NCBI GenBank assembly: GCA_964035545.1
Contig: OZ037772.1
Span: 1,860,001-1,924,000 of the forward strand
Direction of reading: 5' to 3'
DNA length: 64,000 nt
Source of the DNA: Bugula neritina
Lineage: Eukaryota; Animalia; Bryozoa
The stretch's first letter is position 1. Every line of letters begins with the position of its first letter. Shown here piece after piece: positions 13,571 through 30,013 of this stretch. The translations under genes were made by a program, and so were the position numbers. The notes beneath the pieces are model-generated. The model was not told the DNA's origin and ran no database searches. It saw only the letters and a program-made list of their open reading frames with translations.

Positions 13571-16500
13571 CACAGCTTGATTAAGGTCATCCTTCTACTG
13601 AATCAGTAATTTCATTGCTCCATTATAATTATATATGAAACAGTGCCCAACTCATAACTCAATCAATTTTGAGTCTAGAAACAAAATTCAAAAACTATGT
13701 TGTATATCTCTTGCTTCTCTATTGGAACCTTTTTTAAAACTTTCACTTATGTCATCTGTTGCACTTTTATGCCCCAAAAACTACCAAATTTTGCCCATTT
13801 TTGCTCAAAAAAACATGGTCTCAGTGCCCAAAAAATAATTCAATCCCTAATTGATATATCTTTGTGAAAATTGACCTATGGAATGATAAGATATTAATCT
13901 ATTGGAACCTTTTCAAATTTTCTGCATAGCTTCAATAGAATAAGTGTAAACATGTAATTTATACACTGGTTTTATTAGAAATTTTGCTTCTCACTTAGTC
14001 TGCATGCTTGGTTGAACACCGTAGAGCTGCGCTGCATCGTAGCCATCATAATGATTACAGGGAGCTCACGCGGCCTATGATTCATGTTGTGCACGCTAAA
14101 CCAAAGGGTTAAAGTTCACCTCTGCAGTAAAATAATTAGGCGGTATGAGACTGGTTATTATATTATAGTAGCTATAGTAGTTAGAATCTTGGTGATGGCA
14201 ATGTTGTTGTACTGCCTACAGCTGATACCCTATACAATGTGTAGTCTACTTTGAATCTAGATTAATTAGTTGTACTAAAATGAACCAATTTCTGAAGTCT
14301 AACTAGGAAGCAGAGCTTCCAAGCTAGTGGTGTTCAAGTGTATACTCTATAGTTTATATCCTATATATTTTTAGTCCAAAACAGTTTAGTAATTATACAG
14401 CTTGCATGAGAGCCCAAGCACCTTATAATGCTAATGAAAGGTAATAGCCACTGAGTTTTATAGCTTTTGTGTGTGATTTCAAAGCACATTATTTTGTGGT
14501 TGTGTACAGCAATCCAAATTAAATTAATAATATATTATTTGTAACCAAGCTTATTGTATTGTTAATGCAAAATATTAAAAAAAATTCAGAATCTACAAAA
14601 ATTGTTGGAGGAAATTTTTAATCAATTGAGTAGTAATTGCATAACTTTATTTTAAAAGTAATCTTATTACCAGGTGCATGAGTATACCAAGTCTGAGGTA
14701 TGTGTAGTGATGAGGATATTGATAAATTAGACCCTATGTTGAGATGCAGCAAAAAAGTTTAGAGAGAATTTCAACCTGTTCTCAAATTAGCATCTTTTGA
14801 CAAATTTAGGCTGTTTAAGCTTTTCTACTATTGCACCTATATATGTAGGCAACTTTTTATACTACGGTAATACAATTCTGGTATATGCTTGCAATTGAAT
14901 AAGAAGTTTCCGATTGATACATATTCTTGCAGCATGTAGCAGGCTTGCAATAGCTGTAAGCCATTTTGCTAATGGCTCAAACAGTGGCCAGCCATTCATG
15001 TGCAGTGACAAGGTGCTGCTATTTTTCGCTGAAATGAGCTCATGGTTTGAATTTAAATGCTATTTTACTTGTCACTGATAAGTAACATAGTTAAGTTATT
15101 TTATAAAAACAGCTTTAAATAGTCAAATATGTAACCCGATTCAGCATGATGTAATGTCTATAATGAGTATTCAATTCACAATTTTTTTTAATACAATTGC
15201 ATCTCAAATAACCATAACTATGGTGTTTGTGTATTTGAGTACAAGTTTCTGTACACATATACTGTTCATTTCCTTTACTCGCTTATAACAATTTATAGTG
15301 TTGGTAGCTTACTAGGTTTTGCACTTTCAGTCTACTAATTCAGTAAGAGCTTCACTACAGTTTAAACTTTAAAGCTAATGCAGCAGTATACAGACCTCAG
15401 AAATACTAAGCCTAGCTTGTTTGTATTGAAGATGTGACTTCTAATCTAATTAGGTTACAACTAAAGGAGTGGAGTATAGTTATGGTATTATTAGGGGTGT
15501 TCAAAACTTTACCAATTATTTTTTTTTAAAAAAAGCAATAATAAAATAAATAAATAACTGTTTTTTTAAGTAAATTATTATTTTTAAAACAATAACTTTA
15601 ATTTTATATCAATGACTAAATCGCATGCTATCACTATAATGCTTTCAAAAAGCACGTAGAACGTTTATAATTTACATCCACTCCTGGATAGGCTACCCTA
15701 GTCATTCCACAGCTGCAGTGCGCTGCCTTCAAATAAACCGCTCTGTGTAATATAATACGTATAGCTATAAGCGTTACTGATTTCGCCCAGATTGATATGT
15801 TACTAGTAAAAGCTAGCTCAGTAAATAAAATATTCAATATTAAATTACAATCTGCAAAGTGAACGTGCCAACTGGAGATGGGATTATCATGATAAAATTG
15901 AGTGAAGAACATCTCTTACCTCTCGAACCTAGGATGAAGGTGTGTACTTTGATTAACTTTAGGAGTTTAACTTCAAGGTAAGTGAGTACTAGTACTACTG
16001 CCTCCTTCAGCAAATTCACATATTTTTATTTTATATTGCTTGCAAGCAATAATTTAACAATTATACTTAATTTTCTAGTATTTGTATAGTTGTACTATTA
16101 GTATATTACAGTAGGCCTATACTGTGTATTACTATTACTATTATAACTGTATTATTATTACTATTAGCATTGTGCAGTATCACTAAACTTCAAGTTTGAG
16201 TTTTATGTTCAATAAATGCATAGTAATACTAATAGTCATAGTAATGTAAAACTAGATCAAAATTGTCAGTTGGTTTTATTATTATAAATATGTAATTAAC
16301 TTTAAGAAAATTATCCAAATTTATTACTAGCCATAACTTTTTTCAAATTATTTAGAGTTCTGTGGATGAGTATAGTCACATAGAAAATATATTTTTGCAC
16401 TGAAGAGTTTCTGTTTAGTAATTCTAATTGTACTTATACTTGCAACATACCAAATTACATTTACATTGAGTGACCAACTTAAAATATAAGCAATGCATAT

Positions 16501-18886
16501 GTTTCAAAAGAATTGTATAGTCATCATGCAGGCCATATATAATGGGGAATTATTTGAAAAATGCAATCTTAAGGGAGCATTCAACGTAATAATTGTAATT
16601 ATGAGCTGTGTCTTTTAAACAGTTACCAGCAGCTTTTATGTAATTACGGTATGAGTAGATGTTACAAAATATAGACTATTATAGTACTAACTGTGGTGTA
16701 TGAGCATGTTAATTCAAATTGAAAATGTTGGAAATTACTTTTGCATGTATTGAGAAAACTGGTATTTGTATTTTAGATGAAGTGGACTACTAGATGATCA
16801 GGTTTTGTCAAAGAAATGCTAGTGTGTCTTCTCAGGACATCCTTTCTATAATGTCAGCTGCAGCTCTTATAGGATCTTTAGATTCTCTACTCCACTCTAC
16901 TCTTTTTTTTTATATTCAAAAAGGATAATACTCTGCAATTGACACCTATATCTCAAGACTCTACCTGTGGAAATAGGACTTTTATCAAAGGATATAAAAA
17001 CTAAAATTAAACTTAAAATAATCGATATGACTAATCACCCTAGCAATGTGTCTTTTGGTTAGGCTTTTGCAGCTTGATTTTCTATAGATTCTGCTTCTTT
17101 ACAAAGTCAGTCTTGCCATTATTCATTATTTAACGTTTGAGAAAAACAATTAGGAAACTAACCTATTATTTCCCCCATGTTTGTAATATACGTATAGGAT
17201 GTATTTCTATAAAAAGACCTGACTTGCTTCTTCACAATAGTTCACAGCTGTTATACCTTCTGCATGTTCAATTTATTTATTGAACTTGTTACTTCTATGC
17301 CTGATCATACAGATATAAAATAATTATGTTATGCTTTAAGATCCACACTGATTTTTGTTGTGATCTTTAGTAATGGCTATTTAGTGTTTAAATAAATCTG
17401 GTTGATTTGTTACACATGTCTAAATTCTTAAGTCAATTCTTGTTATGGAATGTTATATCTGCAGTATCAAAATATGGCAGATAGGCTAATGCATTGCTAA
17501 TATTTGAGCTGATTAAATGACACCTATGAGACTGGAAGAAATCTGAATCCTCAATGGATATCTTTTATATTATCTTAAGGAGGCTTTCTTTTCAAAATCT
17601 CAATACTTGCCTAGCTAAGATTAAAACTTTTCATCTTGACTGTTTAACTCAGGCAAGCATGGTGTCAGTCAGTCTAACTAGACACAGCTTTTTCTATTAG
17701 ATGCTAAATTTAGAAACATAAAACAGTTGATAATCTTGGCTCTGAGTTGGCATACAAGTCCATAATATCATGCTTGAGTGAACACTGCGTTAGCAGTTGC
17801 CAGCAGTGCCCAGTAGCTCAGTGTTGAGCAACAAGATATAGCTCATAGTCAATTTGGACACTCAGCTAGAAGCCATGTAGGCTTGATTGGACCCTTCAGA
17901 GTTTAGACTGTATACAACAGGAAGCAAATAGAATATTTATAGCACAGGCTCACGTTTTAACCTTTTATATATAAGTTCCAACTCACTTCAATGAGTGTTG
18001 ATTAATGCTTGTACTTATAGTACCAAAGGGACAACACAAGTACTATAGCTTTATTAGAAATTTGCAGCAATCAAATTCTTTACCCAAACTCAAAGCAGTC
18101 ACACAAAATACTGCATATCTGCCCCTTACAGCTACCAATAAATTCTCACACACATAACTATCTTATCTACACAAGTCTCTTTACTATGCTAAGCTATTGG
18201 GCTGTCTGTTACTGATAGTAAGAGTCAGCACTAAGAAGTCAATTTTAGTTTTTAGTTAATGCAACTAAAGATGATTTTAATAATAAAGGTATAATTGGTT
18301 TAAGGTCAGTCAATAGTATTGAGCAGATATATATAAATAGTCTAGCCTAAAAACATCATGTTTTGAGAAAAGAGCATCTCTCTAAAGTCTAAACTATTTG
18401 TTGCATCTGCATTCTAAGTTATTTAAATAATAACTGCATTATCATTTCAAAAGTTATAGTCAATAATTATTTCATTAGACTAGCCAAATCGATAAAATAT
18501 ATTGAGTAAAAATATAAACATTTAGCTTGCTTCCAGAATCTGAAATAGTTTTACATTGTTCGCTTAACAGAAATTATGAAAATCATCTGTTTTTGTGCAT
18601 CAAGTATATTGTACATGAAATGAACCATGCACCAGCCTGATGTAATAATTATGTGATGCTGAGGCGTGCCACGATCACGTGCTTGCTCAACAGATAGTGA
18701 TAATAGTTGCAATGGAAAGATAGGCGCAGCCCTAGCTAATGTGATGGTTTGTTAGCAATTGTTCAACTTCATACTAAATTATAACAAGTAGGCAATACGC
18801 ATGCCGCCCACAGAGCATTAGCATATAAGAACTGAGACTAGATTATGAGATGATTCTTTGCTGGGGATGACCTTAACTATGCTGTG
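13571..18886. mobile_element. Degenerate ~5.3-kb DNA transposon with CACAG...CTGTG terminal inverted repeats and 2-bp TSD (CMC/EnSpm-like)
   Basis: Left end CACAGCTTGATTAAGGTCATCC vs reverse complement of right end CACAGCATAGTTAAGGTCATCC (19/22); AT on both flanks; right subterminal region (ACAAGTAGGCAATACGCATGCC...) shared with the MITE at 26095-26850. Confidence 0.55.
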
Positions 18887-21800
18887 ATGCCATAATGAAT
18901 GAAAATGTTGGATAATACTGTCAGATCAGAAAATGCATGGTGTTTTGTGTTTTTGCAGAGTAGATACTGTACAATAATGTAATACTTTTACAGAGAATAA
19001 TATGCTGGTAGTGATTATAGTTTAGTCAACAATTTGAGTAGGCTATGAGTGGTAAATAATTTACCAAGTAAATGTAACCTGATATAGTGGTGGTAAACTA
19101 TAATATAGTTCCCATAAAGTCAGTTCTTGGAAAATATGCTATTCTTGAAACATTAAATTATTATAGATGTATAGGGCTTTCTTCTCTTTTTATATGCTTA
19201 ACTCTTACTCCTGTATTTCACAAGTTATATCGTTAAGATATTCCAACTTGCTGAATTATGGTTGCCGTTGGTGCTGAGGCTTGCCTGCTTCCTTGAAACT
19301 TTCAGTGAGATGACTGCTGTGACAGGTTGACGTAACTATAAATTATTGTGTCTGTTCCGTCACGGTATGTAGACTACACTGTATATCTACAAAATTCAAG
19401 GAAGAATGTGAAATACATATTCTGAAAGCAATGGACTTGAAACTTGAGTACAGCTGAAATTGAAATATGCAAATGAGTTAAGCGTCATGATACTACATGG
19501 AAATTGCTTTAAACATTAATATACTAAACGTATGATTTACAGTGCTTTGAATAATGCAAATATAATATGTTTAGTAATATGGTATTATACAAGTTATTGT
19601 GGTATAGCGATGGTTTTACATACATGTTTTGTTCACGTGTTGGGATTTGTAATTTTAACCTCATCTTACATGAACATTAATTGGTAAACAAACATGAATA
19701 AAACTAGGAGTATATGATTATTCAATCATATTAACATATAGATGACATTTACGTTCATTATATACTTGATGAATTATACAGATTTGATATAACCTGGTGT
19801 TTACTTCACTTATAAAACCTCATATCTACAAAGTTAACACGTGAACAACTAATACATTTTATTATATTTTCTTGCTATAAAACATATATTTCAGGCTATG
19901 AGTTATGGTAGAATTAATGCTGGTATAACTTATTAGTCTTAGAGATCCTGATATGGTCAATACCGGGATGGTGTCACCAACAATTCCTCCCGTAGCAGTT
20001 AGCACACTGTTTGACTTGAACCTGCGAACCAACCAGCAACTTACCTGGTTAGACTCATCGCCCATACCTCAGAAATCCAAAACAACCTGAATATAAAAGG
20101 CAGCAAAGAAGCAGCAACAGCATTATCGATGATAAGAGGAGCAATCAACAATCAGAAGAGCCGTTAATAATTAAAAGAGTCATAGTATATTTAGTTTTGT
20201 GTGAAATAATTTAGAAACTCAAATATTTAATTGAATTCAATCCAACCAATTTCAGACTGAGAAGTTTCATTGTAAGTAACTTGATTTATATTTCTTGTGA
20301 TGTACTAATTTTTATTATTGTTTGTTTTATTACTGTATAACTTGTACTTGGAGAAGCCATCATTGAATTGAAAATTTACTTTGAAGTCGCAAAAATTACA
20401 CTTGAAGGAATATTGTTGACATTGGGAATTTATTGAGTTACATAGGTTGTTTGAGGAAACTGTCTTGAAATTGTTTGACCTTTTAAGTTACACCAAATTT
20501 ATGTTTAAAAGGCTTATCAATTTTTGTTGCCAGTATATTATACGCAGCGGGATTTCAAAGGGTCACTAGGATATACATATATGTGTTTATTTTATTTCTT
20601 TTGGGTTTGGCTATTATAATAACTTTTCTTGTCTTATAATTTTGTTTCCATGTTATTATCAAATAGATATTTTAAAACGCATGCAAAATCCATAGTTTTA
20701 TTCATTTCCGGAGAGGCAGGTCCTAAATTTGTCTCACGAAATTTATAACCTGAGTGCTACCATTACACAACACACATAGAACCACAAATATTGTTTATAC
20801 ATAAATAATATTGCCAAACCATTAATAAACATTTGTCGAGCGGAGATAACTTTTATATTTTTATTCTACAGTTATTGGATTGCAGACACTAATTTCAAAG
20901 CAAAATCATTCAAGTAATATCTGATTGTTAATTGTCTCCCCTTGAATCAATCATCAAGCGAAAATTTATTTTCATTCAAGTAATAAATAAATATATACAC
21001 ATATTTCAATAAGTTTATAAACTATAACTATTAAAAATTATTAAAATTATATATATAAAATAATTTTATTTTATTTTTGTTCGAAAAAATTTTTATCAGT
21101 GATAATTTGACACTAACTAATAAGCTTCAAGTAAAGAGCAAGTATTGCTATAAAAATCAGTATATACACCATCTAAATTATTAAAATTGATATTAAAAAG
21201 AATAATACAAATGCCATAAATGAATGTCAAAAATACTACAATAACAATAATTACCTTGTTGAACCATCCAGGAATGGAGCTTATAACTTTGATGTTAATG
21301 TAGTAGGTATTTATTCTCTACTTTGACAATACTGATTTAAGTGCAACAAAAAATTTAACAAAGAAGTTACTCAGCAGTTTATGCTACATGTTAGCTGACT
21401 AAAAGTGTAGCATGAAATGAGAGCTGAGAGTAAAATATACCTCAATGAATGAATCATTTCAGGAAGCTGATGGTGTAAAAAACTATTTATATAACTTAGT
21501 CATAGTGATATCATACACATGAGGAAATCATGTTGACTTTCGAGTGCAAGTTTGTCATAGCCATAAAAGCAAAACAGCTACATATACGTGACTAATGCAA
21601 TGGTTTTCTAATTATATAGGCACGTTGGGAAATTTTGTTTGTTTTGATGAGAGCAAGAAATTTCACTGGCATTCCGATTCTTTACATAGCATATTATAGG
21701 ACTAGGCAGATGTATATGCTGTAGAATGATTTTTGGACCTTTCAATCAGCATATTATGAAAAACTGTAGTCAAAAAACAAGTGATCATAAAAATTTATTT

Positions 21801-22436
21801 TATATGAATAAAAAGTGACTAAAATGCAAACAATTATTTTGAAATAATACTTGCATAGACTTGCGTGCTATACTAATTACAAATATAAGCTAAATAACAA
21901 AAGAAAATTATATATATACTAACAGTTTATGAAGTAGAATTTGTGACAACGATTTATAAAACGAAATAGTATAAGTTCGACAATCTTGCAGCACCTTGAA
22001 ACACAAAGTGTAAAGATGCATGCGTCAGTATACAGAGTTTGTTGATGTAAAGTTGTTATATCAAAGTTTTGCTATACATGGGCTGACAGTTAAGCAGCCA
22101 CCTACAAATAATTATATATATGTGACCTACCACTACACAACCAGGCTATCTAGGTACAAATTACAGATTGATAATAACTATAAAATTATATATATATAAG
22201 TGTTAAAATATCATTGAAAAAACTTGGTAAAACTTCTGTTTGACAAATATGATTCAATTTTTGATGAATGCTTTCGAAAATATTTTTAGAAAGTTTAGAT
22301 TATTAATTATTAATAACATGAACAGTAACGCTTTTAACCTCTTCAAAAAAATCGCAAGAGAGGCAATTGCTAATACACAAAAAGAAAACAAGCATAATGT
22401 TGCTGAAAAATAAGTTTATACAACAGTGTTTAAATT

Positions 22437-23150
22437 AGGCCATAATAAAGTATAATAATATGAGAGGTAATAATGGCACAGTTAATAATATAATGGCACA
22501 GGAAATAATGGCACATGCAGGTGGTATTATGAGGACACAGGTGATAATGTCACAGGTAAGAAGGGCACACAGCGAAAAGTAGGAAAACATGGCACACTTA
22601 TGTTCAATTTTTCCAAACACCCATTCTCACCCTTATACCCTAATACTGAAAATGTGCCATTCTTACCTATTTTTCCACTTGTGCCATAATTACCTGTATG
22701 TGCCATTTTAACCATAGAAACCACCCACAATGCATCAATTAGAAAAGATTTCAAATAACCCTTCATTGCTGAATTATTATTAACCAACTCATTACAATCC
22801 TCCTTTAATTCTTCTGGAATATTTTTAACAAAACGTTAGAATTTTTTACATGTCAAGCTAAGAATCTAGCTCCTTCTTTTTGAGAGGTAGCTGAGAGAAA
22901 TTTCGTTAAAACTCTATTAAGAGTTCATAGAGATGCTTAGAACAGGTGGTGTCTGGTAAAAATAGCACAGGTAAAATGGCACAGGTAGTAGTGCGGCACA
23001 AATGGAAAAATAGGTAAAAATGGCACATTTTCAATATTGAAGTTGAAGATTTAAGGTTTGGAAATCAGAATGGGGGGTGGGGTTTGGAGGTATGGCTTTT
23101 GGGAAAATTTTACCATCAGTGTGCGATTTTCACTAGTGTCATTTTTACCT
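22437..23150. repeat. MITE-like fragments with direct and inverted GGCACAGGTAA/TGTGCC subterminal repeats
   Basis: Many AATGGCACAGG copies at 22437-22600 and 22960-23030, inverted TGTGCCAT copies at 22650-22710. Confidence 0.55.
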
Positions 23151-23485
23151 AAAATTGGAACAGGTTCTTCTCCTATAACAGTTCATTGAGTGTGGAGAAA
23201 GGCACTTCGATTTTGAACAAGATGCCACCCTTTTAGTGTAACTATAACAATACTGACGCTGCTATGAAAAGCAATGATATGATGATTGCACTCCTGCATG
23301 TTTAGGTTCAGATTATTTAGAGTAGCAAATATATTTACAAGGTATATATGTAGTATACAGTTTAAAAAGATTGACTATTACATAGCTGCTAAAAGGTGGC
23401 CTATTATTTTTAGCAAATTTTTTGACTTCCATTTGAAAGTAGCACAGAAAGCAGTTAGGGTAGAGTAATTAATAAACGAATGGTA

Positions 23486-23640
<155 letters not shown>

Positions 23641-23693
23641 TTGAAAGTAGCACAGAAAGCAGTTAGGGTAGAGTAATTAATAAACGAATGGTA

Positions 23694-25506
<1,813 letters not shown>

Positions 25507-25509
25507 ATT

Positions 25510-25700
25510 GTTAAAGAACTAGGGGGATGTTTTGATGGCTCTATAACTGAACCTGAAGAATCAGCTAGTGCTATACTAGACTGACTATACAAAGATATCA
25601 AACAAGGCTATGTCAATTATTGTACTCGCGATAATTTGCTATATCTCATAACCAGCTGCACAGAACCAAAGCAAGCATGGGGCACTTTACAAAAACACAG
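25510..25700 (+). mobile_element. Copia-type gag (UBN2-like) relic
   Basis: Frameshifted translation ...AMSIIVLA../DNLLYLITSCTEPKQAWGTLQKH resembles Copia gag. Confidence 0.55.
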
Positions 25701-25833
25701 AACCAGAAAGCAAGTCAGGAAACTGACAGTGCCTTCCTCCTATCAAAAAGGGAGACAACCAACTACTAACCAAAAAATACTTAAACGGACACTTGATCTA
25801 AATTTGTCAAAATAAAAAATAGTTGTTGTAAAC

Positions 25834-25905
25834 ATGGCAACTGCACAAGATGGTGCAGAGTTGTCTACCCAATGGTCCTGCTTCAAGGAAGAGTTCAACT
25901 ATTAT
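25834..25905 (+). mobile_element. Gypsy gag N-terminal relic
   Basis: MATAQDGAELSTQWSCFKEEFNYY resembles the W..FK..F..Y start of invertebrate Gypsy gags. Confidence 0.4.
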
Positions 25906-26094
25906 CAACAAATATCTCTTCAAACAACAAGAAGTATAATACATGCAAAATTTTTAAGTTGATGCAGATTAAAAGAATTTATTTATGGGTTAAATAACAA
26001 CCAATTGGTTTAAGCTTTTTCAAATATAAGTATATTTCAATGATAGTAAAATGAATTTTACGTAAAATATATATTGTACGAAAATAAACAAATA

Positions 26095-26850
26095 CACAGG
26101 ATAGTTAAGGGCAACCTTTTAGCTGCAACTGCCTTGCTGAGGTTTGCATTGTAATCATATAAGAATTCAGTACCAGTAAAATAAAATCTCACCTAATTGA
26201 GCTAGAGTCAAAATTTAAAAACTATGATGTAGATCTTCTTTTTCTCCAGTGTAAGTTTTTTGGAAATTTCAATTTTCATTTTTTTTGCGAAGTTATAGAC
26301 AAAAAACTGCCGAATTTTGGCCAATTTTGCCTGAAAAGCTGACTTTTCAGTACCAGTAAAATATCTCAGCAGCAAAGCATGATATCTGAATAAAAATTGC
26401 ACTGCTGGAATCCTGAGATATTTCTCCAGTGTAAGTTTTTTTCTTTTTTCAATAACTCTGCTAGATTGCTCATAAATTGGTGATTTATACACTGAAAATG
26501 CCATATTTTCTCATAAGAAACTAGCAGCGCGCAGCACTTCACGCTTCACTGAGCACGTAGGGATGAGAAGATATTGGCGCCTACATAATAATTACAGGCT
26601 AGCTAGCTGGCAGGCTATAATGAATAGCTTGCTTTGTACTTTGTTTATGTAGCACCAATAATGGAATGTTGATAGATAACGCAGCCCTAACGAAGGTTGC
26701 TGCTTATTGGTTGTAGTTTAATCTTAGGCTAAACAATTACAAGTAGGCAACACGCATGCCACCCGCAGAGCAATATTATTCAAGAACCCGAACTACATTT
26801 TGAGAGAAATTTATGATATTCTTAGTGAGGATGCCCTTAACTATCCTGTG
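26095..26850. mobile_element. 756-bp non-autonomous TIR element (MITE), CACAGGATAGTTAAGGGCA termini, flanked by TA
   Basis: 19-bp perfect TIR extending to 22/23; TA at 26093-94 and 26851-52; same family as 13571-18886. Confidence 0.85.
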
Positions 26851-27645
26851 TAGCAGCTAACTGGGAAGGAAGCATCTAACTGAGATGATAACATGTTATA
26901 TTAAATCACCTTATTGTGTATGATTTTAGTATCAAGAACTTTTCCTGGACCACCTATTACCACAACCAGTTTACCAACTAGTCAAGAAGCAAATAATGGA
27001 GATAATCCAGAAGGTGCTTAATAAAAAAATTGTATATTTGGCGATTACCTCTAAATTTGTGATAGCTGTCATTATATTATCATACTTGCAAAAACATGAT
27101 ATTCAATAGTATCATGATTATATTAGCTAAAAATGTACCTGTGGTATTGTTTGGAGTTTACAGCTTTGACACCAAAGGGGCTTTACTAATTTACATTTGT
27201 TTGATCAATGAATCATAGCACTTACTATCATGCAGTCCAAATTTCTGTTCTGCATGCATCTTTAAATGAGATTTAAATGTTCAATTAGAATTACTTATTT
27301 AATGTTTTGTTTATTTTTAGTTAGCAATGTTGAAAATATTGGAGAGGTATCATGCAGTTCAACAAGCCATGGAAGGTTTGTGTTGACACTTTGAAAATTT
27401 TTTATGGTTGCAATTGGCATAACATACAATTACTTTAATGTGATGATGATTGTATTAAATTATCAGTATGACAAGACACTTTTATCTATAATATTTTTCC
27501 TGTTTTAAAGTACAAGAAATAGATGAAAATAACAGCTCCAGCGCCGGACCAGCTGATCCTATTGAAGCACTCAAGAAAGACATATAGAAGGTGCTTAGTA
27601 ATGTACTAAGATCAAATTTCTGTATTTATACAAGTTTTCAGCCAA

Positions 27646-29012
27646 AGAGTTGCAATCACATGTTCTCCTGTAGTTTTCAAAACAAAAGGATGCTTTTGTT
27701 GAGCAGAGTCTTGAGCTTGGTGACTTGACAAAATTGCTTTGGTCTTAGATAAGTCACAAAAGCATTTATTTATAGTTAACCTAAATACTAACATAAAACA
27801 GTTATAAACTAGATCTTAGTTTTAGGTCATATATAGTATGAAATTTTACAGACATGAAGAAACAACTAAAGGAAGTGCTGGATGGGCAGAAAAAACTGAT
27901 GGCTATAATCACTGATAGCCATAGTGGCAAAGACAATATAACTGAGCAGCTGGAGGAGCCGCTAAAAACAATACAAGAGTTTGAATCTCTTGAAGAACTT
28001 CTCCAATCCTCAAGAGAAAAACGTTCTGCTCTGGTACATAGTATACTACTATATAATATAGATTGTATATAGCTAGTTTATAGACTTTTGGTGTATAACA
28101 TGCAACATATAACATCCTGGCGTAGTTGATATTATAGAATACAATTTCTAGTGAACTGTAGATTTTCAAGCTATAAAATGTGTTTCTCTTATGGAATGTT
28201 TCTCATTAAAGTGTTAGAAAAAATATTTGCCCTACTGCAGTAACACATTGAATGTATTCATGTAAATTCATGCTATGAAATATAGGTGCATTAATGTTGT
28301 AGACAAAGTTTCTTTTCCAACTGGGGGAAAAAACTGCGCAGATTTGGTGAAAAGAGCCATGAGAAGAATTGGCACCAATGGGCTGTGGAGCCAATTCAGT
28401 ATGAAGGGCAAAGTCCATAAACAACATAAAAAGCTGTCTCTAAAAAAAACTGCAGCTTATAAATGCATACTCAGTAAGTCATATAAATTAATCTCGTTTA
28501 TTTACATCATAATTAGTTTCACTTCGCTTGTTTTTCAGAAATAATTTCAAAGGTTACAGAAGTAAAGTTATAAGCTAAATTTACTTTGATTGAAAGGACA
28601 TACAGTCAGCATATTTACTGTTTCATGTAGAAGGTTAAAGCTCACAGTTGCTAATATAAATTTGTTTTGAAAAGGTTTGGCTATTTTATCTTCTAACTTA
28701 AACATTCAATACAGTCTGTATTTTGGGAGATAATATAATATTGAAATAAAATCTGTATCAAAACTTATCAAATCTCTGGGGCTGCATCAGCAGTTAAAAT
28801 AGTTGTTGAGTTGTTGAGTTTAGAATAATTGCTCATCAAAAAATTTACTGCGTTCACTAAGTTTTACTTTCTAATTATATTTCAGAAGCTCTGCTGAAAA
28901 GTAAAAATAATAAAGAAATAGATATAGAGATTGAAGTATCGCTATTTTTGCCGCAGTGCCCTTATCAACTGGGAGGGGATAAGTATAAAAAGACAAGTTT
29001 GCAAGATGAGGT
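27646..29012 (+). pseudogene. DUF4806-like transposon accessory gene relic (copy 2)
   Basis: Near-identical to 24188-25262; exons 27852-28033, 28303-28473, 28886-29010; 1-nt deletion frameshift at ~28325. Confidence 0.65.
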
Positions 29013-29599
29013 AAAGCTATACGATTATTGCAGTTATAGGGAGACTTGAACTGCTTGAACTGATTCGTATATAAAAATGGCTATAATTGGCTTTAAATTG
29101 GTTTACAAATATTAAACTAAAATTAATAATTTTAGGTTGTACTGCACATTCAGTTTACTACTTTATTTATGCTTCATTTTTACCATGGCGCTGAAGCTGC
29201 AGCAGGGTATATACTATTTTTTGATCAAATGTAAATAGGTAATCTTTCGAAATTTGTCTAGCTATAGCACCAGAAATGTAATCAATAATGAATATTAACA
29301 TTTCCAAGTGAAAAATATCTTCAAAGTGTTTTTTTAGCCATAAATGTAAACTAAAATTAATTAATGGTCAGTGGTTTTACGTGAATGCTTATATTGAACA
29401 CTTTTTCTTTCATAGATTGATTCCCTTTTATCTTAAGAAGATGAGGACAGCTGAACCAATGACTTTTTTTATATCATTTTATTATTAAATTAGAAGAGTT
29501 GAAGGCTTCTAATGAAGAGCTAAATTTGATATTTACTTATATTTTGTACATATGAAAATAATTTGATTAACTAGTTAATAGAACATACAATTAGTACTG

Positions 29600-30013
29600 A
29601 CAGTCTTGATTTTATTGGCATCAACGACACGGACAACTTTGTGGAAAATTGTTTGAGGAGTCAGAAAACATAGACCTCAAAAAAGCTATTAAAAGTGCAA
29701 AGTGGCTGAGAGCTCTCAGAGTAATATGAAGACTATTAAAGCGGAAGGAGAATCAATTCATACACTTGGTCTCAAGGCCACTAAAGCAAACAAAAGTGCC
29801 AAACTGTACTCACGCACAACTGACAAGGAAGCGAATAATCCTGCCAAGTCTAACTGTGGAAACTGTGGCAACTCTCATCCTCCCGAAAATGCTTACAGTA
29901 AACAGTGTAGTAACTGCAAGAAATCCAACTACTTCAGAGCAGTCTGCAGATCCAGGAGAAACGGCAGAATAAATGCAGTCACTGAACACATAGCTAAAAC
30001 ATTAAAGCTTTAA
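29600..30013 (+). mobile_element. Gypsy gag C-terminal relic with tandem zinc knuckles
   Basis: DLKKAI...AESSQ...CGNCGNSHP...CSNCKKSNYFRAVCRS pattern typical of invertebrate Gypsy gag. Confidence 0.7.
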
